Shown piece after piece: positions 14,026-26,989 of a DNA stretch of 64,000 nt. Both the position numbers and the translations under genes were made by a program. The notes under the pieces are model-generated. The model worked only from the letters and a program-made list of their open reading frames with translations, ran no database searches and was not told the origin of the DNA. The stretch lies in contig NC_086097.1 of the NCBI RefSeq assembly GCF_963921235.1, forward strand, positions 51,586,001-51,650,000, in the 5' to 3' direction. This stretch comes from Mobula hypostoma (taxonomy: Eukaryota). Within the stretch, counting starts at the first letter, position 1; every line of letters starts with the position of its first letter.

Positions 14026-15518
14026 TGTGATAAGATTAGTGTGCAAACTTAAAGCACACGGTATTGCGGGTATGGTATTGATGTGGATAGAGAATTGGTT
14101 GGCAGACAGGAAGGAAAGAGTGGCAATAAACGGGACCTTTTCAGAATGGCAGGCAGTGACTAGTGGGGTACCACAAGGCTCAGTGCTGGGACCCCAGTTG
14201 TTCACAATATATATTAATGACTTAGACGAGGGAATTAAATGCAGCATCTCCAAGTTTGCTGATGACACGAAGCTGGGTGGCAGTGTTAGCTGTGAGGAGG
14301 ATGCTAAGAGGATGCAGGGTGACTTGGATAGGTTAGGTGAGTGGGCAAATTCATGGCAGATGCAATTTAATGTGGATAAATGTGAGGTTATCCACTTTGG
14401 TGGCAAGAACAGAAAAACAGATTATTATCTGAATGGTGGCCGATTAGGAAAAGGGGAGGTACAACGAGACCTGGGTGTCATTATACACCAGTCATTGAAA
14501 GTGGGCATGCAGGTACAGCAGGCGGTGAAAAAGGCGAACGGTATGCTGGCATTCATAGCGAGAGGATTCGAGTACAGGAGCAGGGAGGTACTACTGCAGT
14601 TCTACAAGGCCTTGGTGAGACCATACCTGGAGTATTGTGTGCAGTTTTGGTCCCCTAATCTGAGGAAAGACATTCTTGCCATAGAGGGAGTACAAAGAGG
14701 GTTCACCAGATTGATTCCTGGGATGGCAGGACTTTCATATGATGAAAGACTGGATCGACTAGGCTTATACTCTCTGGAATTTAGAAGATTGAGGGGCAGT
14801 GGTGGCACCAGAGATTTTTTCTTGCTGGTGCTACAGTGGGGCTGAATTATTCAGTGATGGTGCTGAGGGATGTACCCTATGGTAATATATATTCGCAAGG
14901 TCGGACGTGTGACATTCAAAAGTCAGTTTCAAGCATTATGTGCCTACTATAAATGCTTCTTTTGATTCACAAGCAACAGCAATTGATAAATATAATATAG
15001 AAGTGAACTGTGACAGTGTCAACAGCATCGGAGACAACCCGGGCTGCACAGAGCATAAACAAACAAACCAACAGAGCATCCGACCCACAGCGCACAACGT
15101 GAATCACGCACCAGTGCTGCAATCAGCGTCAAATGCATGCTTTTCAACTGAAAAACACAACACTAACCCGCAATGTCCACTGCTATTCACATTACATAGA
15201 CAGACAATGCCAAAAGATACACCATTATTAAAGTCAAATAAGGCAAACAATAGATGCAAGGCTTTACCAGGAGTTGGACAAATCGTACTCTGACCATGCG
15301 ATACCTCAATTAATTCGGCTATTGAACTTAAACAAAAATCAACAGAATCACCGCTTGGAAGTCTAAGCAAAACCAGTAGGCTTAATAGCAGTAAATGTAA
15401 TAGTTTAGGATTTGCAGGAAATATAAGGACTATGGGGTATCCACCACAAAATAATAATAATCAGCATTAGTCTTGGCCCAATTTAAAAAAAAATCAACTG
15501 CACTCACCATTGATGTTT

Positions 15519-16478
15519 TCAGAGAAGCACAATCCGTCTGTTGTTGTGATTGGTGGTGAAAGTATCATTGATTTCCTGGATGTCAAGTGCCCTGGTCCTC
15601 CGGCTGTTTATGACCAACAGGGCCAAGTTGCTGTTCTGAGCATCGACGCTGCTATTCCTTAGGTAGTTTTTGAGGCGTCTAGAGGCAAGAGAAACTCCAT
15701 TTGCATGAGGCAGATGTCACAGTTAGAGTCAGTGATATGCAGATTAGTTTGTATAAATCTATAAATGCATCGTGGTAGGGTTTCATTGGAGCTAGAAATT
15801 CCACTGTGTCATTCACTGTCTGCCCTTGCTAGAGACTCAGACACAGATCTCATATACTCACGTTTTTCTTGGACAATCTTTGCATGTCCTTTGTCAAGCA
15901 TATTTCCCAATCTTGAACCGTCTTGTTTTCTCAATCTGAATTCGGCCTGTGCCTCCATAGCAAACTTATGAGCTGCACTTACATGGTGGGTTTTGAAAGC
16001 TGTTGTAGCTTTCCACCAGTTGTGGTAACTGGTGACAGTGAAGGTAGACTCAGAATGGAACCCATGTCCTCCACACAGGAAATGCCTGCATGCGAAGCAG
16101 AACGTAGTATCTTTCGTGATCGAATATTCCAGTCAGTCAAACCAGCCACGATTAAAACTCCTTTGCTGATTGCCAAACTGTTGCGAGCAGCGAAGGGTAC
16201 TTTTTCATTGCTGGCCGACGGGGTCCTTCCTCAGGCTGCTGGCTAACATCGCTAACAGTATTCCAACTAGCACTAAGAGCAGCTTCATCCACGTTCTCTT
16301 CCGAATCCCGCTTCATTTCTTGTTCCTCTACTTCGCCCTCACACTCCTTCGATGAATTGCTGTCGTCCTCATCCCCACTTACTTCTGTCTGCATGTCACT
16401 TTCAATTAAGACAGACTCAGGCTGAGACACCACTGATTCCTCTGGATGAGGTCGTTTTCTCACTAAAAATCGATCCAT
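15519..16478 (-). pseudogene. hAT transposase pseudogene: N-terminus and TTF zinc finger joined almost directly to the C-terminal dimerisation domain; catalytic core deleted
   Basis: MDRFLVRKRP..., then (frameshift) RSFNRGWFD*LEYSITKDTTFCFACRHF...NWWKATTAFKTHHVSAAH, then DLYKLICISLTLTVTSASCKWSFSCL/RRLKNYLRNS...LALL...NRRIVLL*. Confidence 0.88.
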
Positions 16479-16535
16479 TTTTCACGCGGCCAAAATAATG
16501 CATGTGCCAGGACCATGCTAGCTTGTAAAAGCACA

Positions 16536-16640
<105 letters not shown>

Positions 16641-17639
16641 GTGGGGGGCATCTGTTAGTCTCGCGAGACCATGGATCTGCTATCAATCTCTCGCGTGAGT
16701 GAGAGTGAGTGACATCACCACCTTAAGTGATCTTAGGTCAGCTTAACTCATTTGAGGACAGCAACAGCGAGACATTGACAACGAACGAATAAGCAGAAGT
16801 GTAGAGTGGTTCTGACAAAGTTTATAACTTTATTGCTGCATGATAATTGGGGGCGCTGTTTTACTAGCAACTGGAGAAACAAGCTGTATTCTAAACTATA
16901 CAGAGAAAGCAAAGCAACTGCAATTTGTATGTGAAATTTCAGTTAATTTCTTGGTGGTGCTACACTGGTGCTATTGCAATTTCTGCTGGGGCTATAGCCC
17001 CAGCTAGCACCACCTTAGCGCTGCCCCTGTTGAGGGGGGATCTTATTGAAACGTATAAAATCCTAAAGGGATTGGACAGGCTAGATGTAGGAAGATTGTT
17101 CCCGATGTTGGGGAAGTCCAGAACGAGGGGTCACAGTTTGAGGATAAAGGGGAAGCCTTTTAGGACCGAGATGCGGAAAAACTTCTTCACACAAAGAGTG
17201 GTGAATCTGTGGAATTCTCTGCCACAGGAAACAGTTGAGGCCAGTTCATTGGTTAGATTTAAGAGGGAGTTAGATATGTCCCTTGTGGCTAAAGGGATCA
17301 GGGGGTATGGAGAGAAGGCAGGTACAGGGTTCTGAGTTGGATGATCAGCCATGATCATACTGAATGGCGGTGCAGGTTTGAAGGGCCGAATGGCCTACTC
17401 ATGCACCTATTTTCTATGTTTCTGTTGAGGGATCTATGGACATGGACTCCTGTTGCTTTCTGTAATTGTGGAGATCTAAGGAAGAAGCCAAAGTTAATCA
17501 TCTGCCTGGCACTCCTGGTTGAATGGGATTGCAAATACTTTGCTCTTGTGTTTAACATTCATGGGCTAGGCCACATAATATTTTAAGACAGAATGGTATT
17601 GGAGCCTCTTCCTCCACTATATGCAGCCAGACTGCAGAT

Positions 17640-18085
17640 CTTCCATCCTTGGACTCACTTTACACCACACACTGTCGGAGCAGTGCTGCCAGGATAATCA
17701 AGGACACGACCCACCCAGCCAACACGCTTTTCATCCCTCTTCCCTCCGGGAGAAGGCTCAGGAGCTTGAAGACTCGTACGGCCAGATTTGGGAACAGCTT
17801 CTTTCCAACTGTGATAAGACTGCTGAACGGATCCTGGCCTGGATCTGGGCCCTACCTTCCAAATATCCAGACCTGCCTCTTGGTTTTTTTACACTACCTC
17901 ACTTCCCATTTTTCTATTTTCTATTTATGATTATAATTTAAAATTTTTAAATTTACTAATTTTTACTATTTTTAATATTTTATATTTGTAATCCAGGGAG
18001 CAGAAAGCGCAGAATCAAATATCGCTGTGATGATTGTATGTTCTAGTATCAATTGTTTGGCGACAATAAAGTATAAAGTATAAAG
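17640..18085 (+). mobile_element. Rex1-type LINE 3' end
   Basis: IIKDTTHPANTLFIPLPSGRRLRSLKTRTARFGNSFFP; tail AATAAAGTATAAAGTATAAAG. Confidence 0.88.
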
Positions 18086-18985
18086 TAACTTAGTGATCCA
18101 TTGCTTCTGAGATTGTTTAGTTGTACCTGTGGATACGTAACTGTGCCTAATTATTTTTTTGTTCCGTTTGATACACATGTAGTCCAATGAAGTGGTTTAG
18201 TCAGGTTGACATTTCACTTTTAGATTTGCCCTTTTGTGCTTATCACTGAACCAAGTTGATTTCCTGTCTCGCTAAAGTGAAGTATATGCTGGGCCCTGTG
18301 GTGGTGGGCATTTATTTTTGGGTGGCGAGATCATTTCTAAGTCCCTTACATTTAGTGTAAATGCCTGAGGGCAGATGTCCTCAGTGTGAAGACTGGATTA
18401 TGTCTCTTCAAAAACTAAGGTGGGGATCACCCTTACAATGCTGTCATGGACAGATGCCTTTTCCACAGGTAGATTGGCAAGGATGAGGTCAAGTTGGTTT
18501 ATGTTTGGTGTTGGTATGTCCATTACCTGCTGCAAATCTAATCCAAGAAATGTGTCCATTAAGATGTTATCAGTTTTATTAGTGAAGATACCACCTAGTC
18601 ATGGATTTTGAAAGCTCACCCAGAATACCTTATGCTTCTTTGCTACCATCTCACAAATTCATTCACTCGGTTGTTATTATCATAGAGCAATGGATGTTTC
18701 TCTGTCATCAGTACTTGAAAAGTAAGTAATCTAGGAAGCATCTGTGTTGTACATATGGGCACAATGGAACATTATAGAGTCATAGAAGTCATGGAGTTAT
18801 AAGCATAGAAATGTGGTCCATGCTGACCAATATGCCTTAATCAAGCTTGTCCTGTTTACCAGTGTTTGGCCTATAACTTCCAAACCTTTCCTATCCATGT
18901 ACCTGTCGAACTGTCTTTTGAAAGTTGTTATTTTACCTCCCTCAATCACTTCCTATGAAAACATATATGCATTCCACATACATTG

Positions 18986-19465
18986 TCGGAGAAGGAAGTC
19001 TGAGAATCGGAGCGGGAGTGCGGAGGAAGCCATTTCGAATGATTCATTTTTTTTCCATCGACGTTCAGAGAGGCGGGACTGTGCAGGCGTGTGCTGTCGG
19101 GCAGTGAAGCGCGGAAGATTTAAAAGGACAGAAATCCTGATTCGGGTTTAATTCGGAGAAGGAAATCTGAAAATTGGAACGGGAGTGCGGAGGAATCCAT
19201 TTTTAATTTTTCGGTTTCTTTTTCATCGGCGTTCAGAGAGGCGGGACTGTGCAGGCGTGTGACATCAGGCAGTGAAGCGCGGAATATTTAAAAGGACAGA
19301 AACCCTGATTTGGGTTTAATTTGGAGGAGGAAGTCTGAGAATTGGAGCAGGAGTGCGGAGGAAGCCATTTTGAATTTTTCGATCTTTTTCTCATCAGCGT
19401 TCAGAGACGCGGGACTGTGCAGGCGTGTGACGTCAGGCAGTGAAGCGCAGAAGATTTAAAAGGAA
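18986..19465 (+). repeat. Three tandem ~168-bp monomers in the CR1 5' UTR
   Basis: Units start at 18986, 19153 and 19321 and share GGAGTGCGGAGGAA...GCGGGACTGTGCAGGCGTGTG...GGCAGTGAAGCGC...ATTTAAAAGGA. Confidence 0.95.
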
Positions 19466-19626
19466 CAGAGCCTTATACAGCAGGCAGCGTGGTTTGCGGG
19501 CAGCGGAGTGAGCTGGGAGCAGAGTGACGGCTTAAGGGCTTTGGCTCAACGGGCTTAGGCAGAAACGGGCAAGGTGAGGAAGGATTGGTATTCATTTTTT
19601 GTTGCTATTTGAGAAGAGGGGGAAGT

Positions 19627-20562
19627 ATGCGTGTGAGGGCAGCTTGTTGTTCTCCGTGTCAGATGTGGGAGGTCGTGGAGTCTCCCAGCCTCCCGGACGT
19701 CCACATCTGCGCCAGGTGCACAGAGATACAGCTCCTAAGGGACTGCATTAGGGAACTGGAGCTGCAGCTCGATGACCTCCGTCTGGTCAGGGAGAGTGAG
19801 GAGGTGATAGAGAGGAGTTACAGGCAGGTGTTCACACCGGGGCCACGGGAGGCAGACAAGTAGGTCACGGTTAGGAGGGGGAAGAGGAAGAGTCAGGTAA
19901 TAGAGAGTACACCAGTGGCTGTGCCCCTTGACGATAAGTACTCCTGTTTGAGTACTGTTGTGGGGGACAGCTTACCTGGGGGAAGCAACAGTGGCCGTGC
20001 CTCCGGCACAGAGTCCGGCCCTGTAGCTCAGAAGGGTAGGGAAAGGAAGAGGAGGGCAGTAGTAATAGGGGACTTGATAGTTAGGGGGTCAGATAGGCGA
20101 TTCTGTGGACGCAGTCCAGAGACCAGGATGATAATTTGCCTCCCTGGTGCCAAGGTCCGGGATGTTTCTGATCGCGTCCAAGATATCCTGAAATGGGAGG
20201 GAGAGGAGCCAGAGGTTGTGGTACATATAGGTACCAATGACATAGGTAGGAAAAGGAGAGGGGTCCTGAAAGGAGAATATAGGGAGTTAGGAAGAGAGTT
20301 GAGAAAAAAGACTGCAAAGGTAGTAATCTCGGGATTACTGCCTGTGCTACGTGACAGTGAGAGTAGGAATGCAATGAGGTGGAGGATCAGTGTGTGGCTG
20401 AGGGATTGGAGCAGGGGGCAGGGATTCAAGTTTTTGGATCATTGGGACCTCTTTTGGCACAGGTGTGACCTGCTCAAAAAGGACGCGTTACACTTAAATC
20501 CTAGGGGGACTGATATCCTGGCAGGGAGATTTGCGAGGGCTACTGAGGTGACTTTAATCTAG
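19627..20562 (+). pseudogene. CR1 ORF1 (Cys zinc finger, coiled coil, SGNH-type esterase) with one premature stop at 19861-19863
   Basis: CSPCQMWE...HICARC, LRDCIRELELQLDDL, VVIGDLIVR, VVVHIGTND, DALHLN. Confidence 0.9.
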
Positions 20563-20779
20563 AATAGTTGGGGGGTGGGAATCAAATTAAAGAGACTCAG
20601 AGAGAGGAGGTTAGTTCACAAATAGAGAAAGCTAGTAGACAGTATGTGAGGGAGGATAGGCAGGGGACAGCGTTTAGGAACACCCAGACCAAAGATGTAG
20701 GGGACAAGGAAGAAAAAGATAACAAAGTTGTTTGCTCCATCAAGGATAAACAGAGAGTAAGAGGTGGAGGGAGTTTCTT

Positions 20780-23585
20780 AAATGCATCTAGTTTAATGCT
20801 AGGAGCATTGTAAGAAAGGTGGATGAGCTTAGAGCATGGATTGATACCTGGAAATATGATGTTGTAGCTATTAGTGAAACATGGTTGTAGGAGGGGTGTG
20901 ATTGGCAACTAAATATTCCAGGATTTTGTTGCTTCAGGTGTGATAGAATAGGAGGGGCAAGAGGGGGAGGTGTTGCATTGCCTGTCAGAGAAAATATAAC
21001 AGTGCTGCTCTGGCAAGATAGATTAGTGGACTCATCTATGGAGGCTATTTGGGGGGAATTGAGGAATAGGAAAGGTGTAGTGATGCTTATAGGGGTGTAT
21101 TATAGACCACCTAATGGGGACCGAGAACTGGAGGAGAAAATTTGTAAGGAGATAGCAGATATTTGTAGTAAGCACAAGGTTGTGATTGTGGGAGATTTTA
21201 ATTTTCCACACATAGATTGGGAAGCCCATTCTGTAAAAGGGCTGGATGGTTTGGAGTTTGTCAAATGTGTGCAAGACAATTTTTTGCAGCAATACATAGA
21301 AGTACCAACTACAGAAGGGGCAGTGTTGGATCTCTTTTTAGGGAATGAGATAGGTCAGGTGACAGAGGTATGTGTTGGGGAGCACTTTGGGTCCAGTGAT
21401 TACAATATCATTAGTTTCAATATAATTATGGAGAAGGATAGGACTGGACCCAGGGTTGAGATTTATAATTGGAGAAAGACTAACTTTGAGAAGATGCGAA
21501 AGGATTTCGAAGGAGTGGATTGGGACAATTTGTTTTATGGGAAGGATGTAATAGAGAAATGGAGGTCATTTGAAGGTGAAGTTTTGAGGAAACAGGATCT
21601 TTATGTTCCTGTTAGGTTGAAAGGAAAGGTTAAAAGTTTGAGAGAGCCATAGTTTTCAAGGGATATAGGAAACTTGGTTCGGGAAAAGAGAGGGATCTAT
21701 AATAAATATAGGCAGCTTGGAGTTAATGAGGTGCTCGAGGAATATAAAGAATGTAAAAAGAATCTTAAGAAAGAAATTACAAAAGCTAAAAGAAGATATG
21801 AGGCTGCTTTGGCAAGTAAGGTGAAAGTAAATCCAAAGGGTTTTTACAGTTATATCAATAGCAAAAGGATAGTGAGGGATAAAATTGGTCCCTTAGAGAA
21901 TCAGAGTGGACAGCTATGTGCGGAGCCAAAAGAGGAGATGGGGGAGATTTTGAACAATTTCTTTTCTTCTGTATTCACTAAGGAGAAGGATATCGAATTG
22001 TGTAAGGTAAAGGAAACAAGAAGGGTAGTTATGGAAAGTATGACAATTAAAGAAGAGGAAGTACTGGCGCTTTTAAGGAATATAAAAGTGGATAAGTCTG
22101 CAGGTCCGGACAAGATGTTCCCTAGGACCTTGAGGGAAGTTAGTGTGGAAATAGTGGGCTCTGACAGAAATATTTCAAATATCATTAGAAACGGGGATGG
22201 TGCCAGAGGATTGGCGTATTGCTCATTCTATTGTTTAAAAAGTGTTCTAAGAGTAAACCTAGCAATTATCAGCCTGTGAGTTTGACGTCAGTGGTGGGTA
22301 AATTGATGGAAAGTATTCTTAGAGATGGTATATATAATTATCTGGATAGACAGGGTCTGATTAGGAACAGTCACAATGGATTTGTGCATGGAAAGTCATG
22401 TTTGACAGATCTTATTGAATTTTTTGATGAGGTTACTAGGAAAGTTGACGAGGGTAAAGCGGTGGATGTTGTCTATATGGACATCAGTAAGGCCTTTGAC
22501 AAGGTTCCATACGGAAGGTTAGTTAGGAAGGTTCAATCGTTAGGCATTAATATCGAAGTAGTAAAATGGATTCAGCAGTGGCTGGGTGGGAGATGGCAGA
22601 GAGTAGTGGTGGATAACTGTGTGTCAGATTGGAGGATGGTGTGTAGCGGTGTGCCTCAGGGATCTGTACTGGGTCCAATGTTGTTTGTCATATATATTAA
22701 TATTAATGATCTGGATGATGGGGTGGTAAATTGAATTAGTAAGTATGCAGATGATACTAAGATAGGTGGAGTTGTGGATAATAAAGTAGGTTTTCAAAGC
22801 CTGCAGAAATATTTAGACCACTTAGAAGAGTGGGCTGAAAGATGGCAGATGGAGTTTAATGCTGATGAATGTGAGGTGCTACATTTTGGTAGGATTAATC
22901 AAAATAGGACATACATGGTAAATGGTAGGGCATTGAGGAATGCAGTAGAACAGAGGGATCTAGGAATAATGGTGCATAGTTCCCTGAAGGTGAATCTCAT
23001 GTGGATAGGGGGGTGAAGAAAGCTTTTGGTATGCTGACCTTTATTAATCAGAGCATTGAGTATAGGAGTTGGGATGTAATGTTGAAATTGTGTAGGGCAT
23101 TGGTAAGGCCAAATTTGGAGTATTGTGTACAGTTCTGGTCACTGAATTATAGGAAAGATGTCAATAAAATTGAGCGAGTACAGAGGGGATTTACTAAAAT
23201 GTTGCCTGGGTTTCATCTCCTAAGTTACAGAGAAAGGTTGAACAAGTTAGGTCTTTATTCTTTGGAGCGTAGAAGGTTGAGGGGGGACTTGATAGAGGTG
23301 CCTAAAGTTATAAGGGGGATTGATAGAGTTGACGTGGATAGGCTTTTTCCATTGAGAATGGAGGAGATTCAAATAAGAGGACATGAGTTGAGAGTTAAAG
23401 GACAAAAGTTTAGGGGTAACATGAGGGGGAGCTTCTTTACTCAGAGAGTGGTAGCTGTGTGGAACGAGCTTCCAGCAGAAGTGGTTGAGGCAGGTTCGAT
23501 GTTGTCATTTAAAGTTAAATTGGATAGATATATGGACAGGAAAGGAATGGAAGGTTATGGGCCGAGTGCAGGTCGGTGGGACTAG
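20780..23585 (+). pseudogene. CR1 ORF2 (apurinic endonuclease and reverse transcriptase), several frameshifts and stops
   Basis: GVYYRPP, VGDFNFP, YQPVSLTSVVGKLME, SKAFDKVP, GVPQGSVLGP, KYADDTK, FFTQRVVAVWNELP. Confidence 0.92.
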
Positions 23586-25194
23586 GTGAGAGTAAGAGTT
23601 TGGCACGGACTAGAAGGGCCAAGATGTCCTGTTTCCGTGCTGTAATTGTTATATGGTTGTATATGGTTACATGCCACCCTTTGTGCAAAAAAAAGTTTTC
23701 CCTTAACTGAATTATATTCTTATTGATAATAATGAGATTGAAAATGTGATTATAGCTCATGCATCGGTCAAAAACGAATGCTCAATAGTCATAATTTGAA
23801 TTCATCTTACTAATTTTGAAAGTACAAAAGATTTGTGATTGTGAAATAAATTGACCCAGCAGAGAATAATGGTACTGCCAGCAGGTTTCTGAAAAATAAT
23901 TTGCATCAAAGATGTTTGTCTACATGATGCCTCAGATAATAGCTGTAGCACTGCAGGTGATTCATAGTGCCTCATTCTCTTCCTTTGAATTAGCTTGCCA
24001 CTACTTCTTGCTAATTTCTCTTTTCCTATTATCTTTATGTTTCTTCAATTTGAAATTTAATAATGATCTGCCAGTTTGTTCTCTATTATATCATAAAAAG
24101 TTTCCATCTCATTCTAGTGTGACCAAAGCGTTGTGCCATCTTATTAATAATCAGTGATCAAGCATCATTGTAGGTACTTTGTTGAAAGATATAACACCAC
24201 AAATAAATTCATATCCATTTGGATAATCTTACCTGTCTTATCAACAGTTTTCATCTGCAGGTAACAAGAGCATTATGTGATTGATGGAAGGAATATTATC
24301 CTTATTTATTATTTTGTCATTGGTAAGTTGGATACTGGCAGAAAAACTGGCGATCTATGTTATTTACTTTTCCTTGGTTCCCACATGATCACAGATTCTC
24401 TTTGTTCTCCCACCTTATGGCTTCTCTGCAACTTAAGACTAAATTCTAGTAAAAAGCCATTGAACTAGAGACATCAACTCAGCTTTTCACTCCAGAGACA
24501 TTGCCTAACATACTGCTATTTTCTAGCATTTTCTATTTTTATTTCAGATTTTCAACATATGCAGTTTATTTCTTTTTGAAAGGCTGATATTTATTGGTTA
24601 ACCAATGAAGTTGCAGGAAAGATATTTGAAAATGTGTTATATATTAGATTCAGACACCAGTTTCAAGTCATAATATATGCAAAATCTATTTCTTCTAAAA
24701 GAAATATCAGTACAGATTGGTTCTTCAGTAGGTTCAATGACATATTTCACAACGTTGTCTCAAACACATTCTGTGATCTCATTCTCTGTATTACTAATAC
24801 CAAATTGATTTTAGCAGTCTACATGAAAAGTAAAATCACTGATGATTATTTTATTACGTTTGTACATTTACTACAAGATTTTCTCAGCAGCAGATTAATT
24901 ATATTCTCAATTTTGTTGCTGCTGTTATGGGGGCTTGCAACAATGTTTCACTTGTCTCCTGTTATTTCTTCCACCCATACAAATAATAGTAACCGTTCTT
25001 CTAGATCTAGATCATTCTTATTTTTGTCTGAATTTTGTGCCTGAATATAGAGCCACTTCTCTCTTCGTTTCCTTTTTGCCAACCCTTTCTAAGTATCAAG
25101 TACTTTGTACGTTGGAATGTTATTTCCCTACAATGCTAATTGTGCAACTCCATTCAATAATAGCTAGAAGAGGGAAACAGGAATGGGGAATGGT

Positions 25195-25740
25195 GAACTT
25201 CCTATTCCCATTCTGACATGTCAGTCCATGGCCTCCTCTACTGCCGTGGTGAGGCCACACTCAGGTTGGAGGAGTAACACCTTAAATTCTGTCTGAGTAG
25301 GTTCCAACCTGATGGCATGAACGTTGATTTCTCGAACTTCTAGTAATTTAGCCCTCCCAACCTTCACCATTACTCTATTCCCATTTTCTTCTCTCACCTT
25401 ATCTCCTTTCCTCCCCACCACTCCCCCTGGTGCTCCTCCCCATTCCCTTTCTTCCATGGACTTCTGTCCTCTCCTATCAGATTCCCCCTTCTCTAGCCTC
25501 GTATCTCTTTCACCAATCAACTTCCCAGCACTTTACTTCACCTCCCCCCCACTTCCGGTTTCACGTATCACCTACTACATTGTACTTCTTCCTCCCCTCC
25601 CCCCATCTTCTTACTCTGACTTCTCCTCTCTCTTTCCATTCCTGAGGAAGGGTCTTGGACCGAAGTGCGACTGTTGACTCTTTTCCATTGATGCCGCCCA
25701 GCCTGCTGAGTTCCTCCAGCATTTTGTGTGTGTGTTGCTT
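25195..25740 (+). mobile_element. Penelope-like element 3' end (GIY-YIG tail and pyrimidine-rich pseudo-LTR)
   Basis: Homologous to 35220-35723; ends GATGCCGCCCAGCCTGCTGAGTTCCTCCAGCATTTTGTGTGTG. Confidence 0.8.
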
Positions 25741-26537
25741 TTAATCTTTGGCCATTTAGTGTGGAATTAACTGTTTACAGATGACGCTATGATCAAAGTC
25801 TCTCTTCCTTGTTTCATTCTGGTCAGCTTTATTCATATTATTAATTTTTTCTATGCTCCTGTATTCTGATACTTCTAAAATTTTCCGCTCTTCCCTCTTT
25901 AAAATTGCAATGCCTGTTTATAAACCCTCGTTATATGAGAAAGCAATTGGCTCAGTCACAGTGTGCAGCTGGGTACTGTATACTCATTTCCAAGAGGAAT
26001 CTCGGGCTTTACAGTCTAACTGTGATGGCTGAAAAGGGAGAAAGGACTGCTGACATTTATATGACATCTTTCGTGTCCCATTTAGCAAAGTCAAAATTCT
26101 TTACATCCAATAAAGTTCTTTGGAAGTAGCATTATTATGAAATATGAAGATCTTCAAATATTAATGTGATAATGACTGGACAATCTGCCTTTAGTCATGT
26201 CAGTTCAGAAAAACCAGTGCACTGGAGTTAATTTCCCATTTTTTTTCTTTTTTTTTCATTATTACCATTTAAATGGGGAGACAAGGACTTAGTTTAATGT
26301 CCCATCAGAGAGGCATCAGCTCTGACACTCTCGCAATGCCACCAGATTGTCTCTGCCAAATTTTATAATCTAATCTCCAGAAAGGATTTGAATCATACTC
26401 CTCTGACTCAGAAGTCAGGGGACATCCAGTGGTGCACAGCGGCAGTCTGCCAGAATTTGCAGGAATACGAAGAAATAGACATTTACTGTCTAGAAAGTTA
26501 AGTTTAAAGAAAACCCTCCAAATACCATAAATTAAAA

Positions 26538-26743
26538 ATAAACAGAAAATGCTGGAAATACTCAGCTGGTGAGGCCACATCTGTGGGAAGAGAAACAGAG
26601 TCAGTATTTCTGGTTGAAGACCCTTTGTCAGAGTTCAGCATTTTACTCTGAAGGATGATCCTTGACCTGAAACATTGTCTCTATTTCCTTCTTCCCAGAG
26701 ATGCGGCCTGTGCTGCTGAGTGTTTCCAGCACTTTCTGTTTTT
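26538..26743. repeat. Inverted pair of Penelope-type terminal repeats (~100-bp arms)
   Basis: AAACAGAAAATGCTGGAAATACTCAGC...TTTCTGGTT matches the reverse complement of ACCTGAAAC...GCTGAGTGTTTCCAGCACTTTCTGTTT. Confidence 0.8.
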
Positions 26744-26989
26744 GTGCTGACCAGAAGTGCTACTTGGCCTGAGAGGCACAGAGAACAAATGTCTGTCACT
26801 GCAAAATTCAGTAGCCTAAAGCACAGTCTGAGGGAGAAGAAATGCCAGAAGATGGTGTGAGTGAACAATGCTTCCAAAGGCAATGTCCTCAAAACAGGTC
26901 ACGAAGCACTTCTTTTCACTTCAGATATAGCCCTGCTAGTAGAGCCTTTTACCTACATTCTGGTGTTGTGAGTTCAGGCTGATCACACA

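Larger units (their letters stand above)
18984..23667 (+). mobile_element. Full-length but inactivated CR1 LINE inserted into an older antisense CR1 3' end
   Basis: 5' UTR monomers, ORF1, ORF2 (APE and RT) and tail TTATATGGTTGTATATGG; probable TSD TACAT at 18979-18983 and 23668-23672; the flanks join into CR1 antisense sequence. Confidence 0.95.

Noticed and set aside
16658..16669. Palindrome GTCTCGCGAGAC as a BANP-type promoter motif for the transposase
   Set aside because: Better explained as part of the RTE-like 3' end also seen at about 57560-57590.
18986..19465. CRISPR-like or satellite array
   Set aside because: Contiguous ~168-bp units with no unique spacers, located in a eukaryotic LINE 5' UTR.
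19915..20562. Host SGNH lipase/esterase gene
   Set aside because: It is the esterase domain of CR1 ORF1, directly upstream of ORF2.
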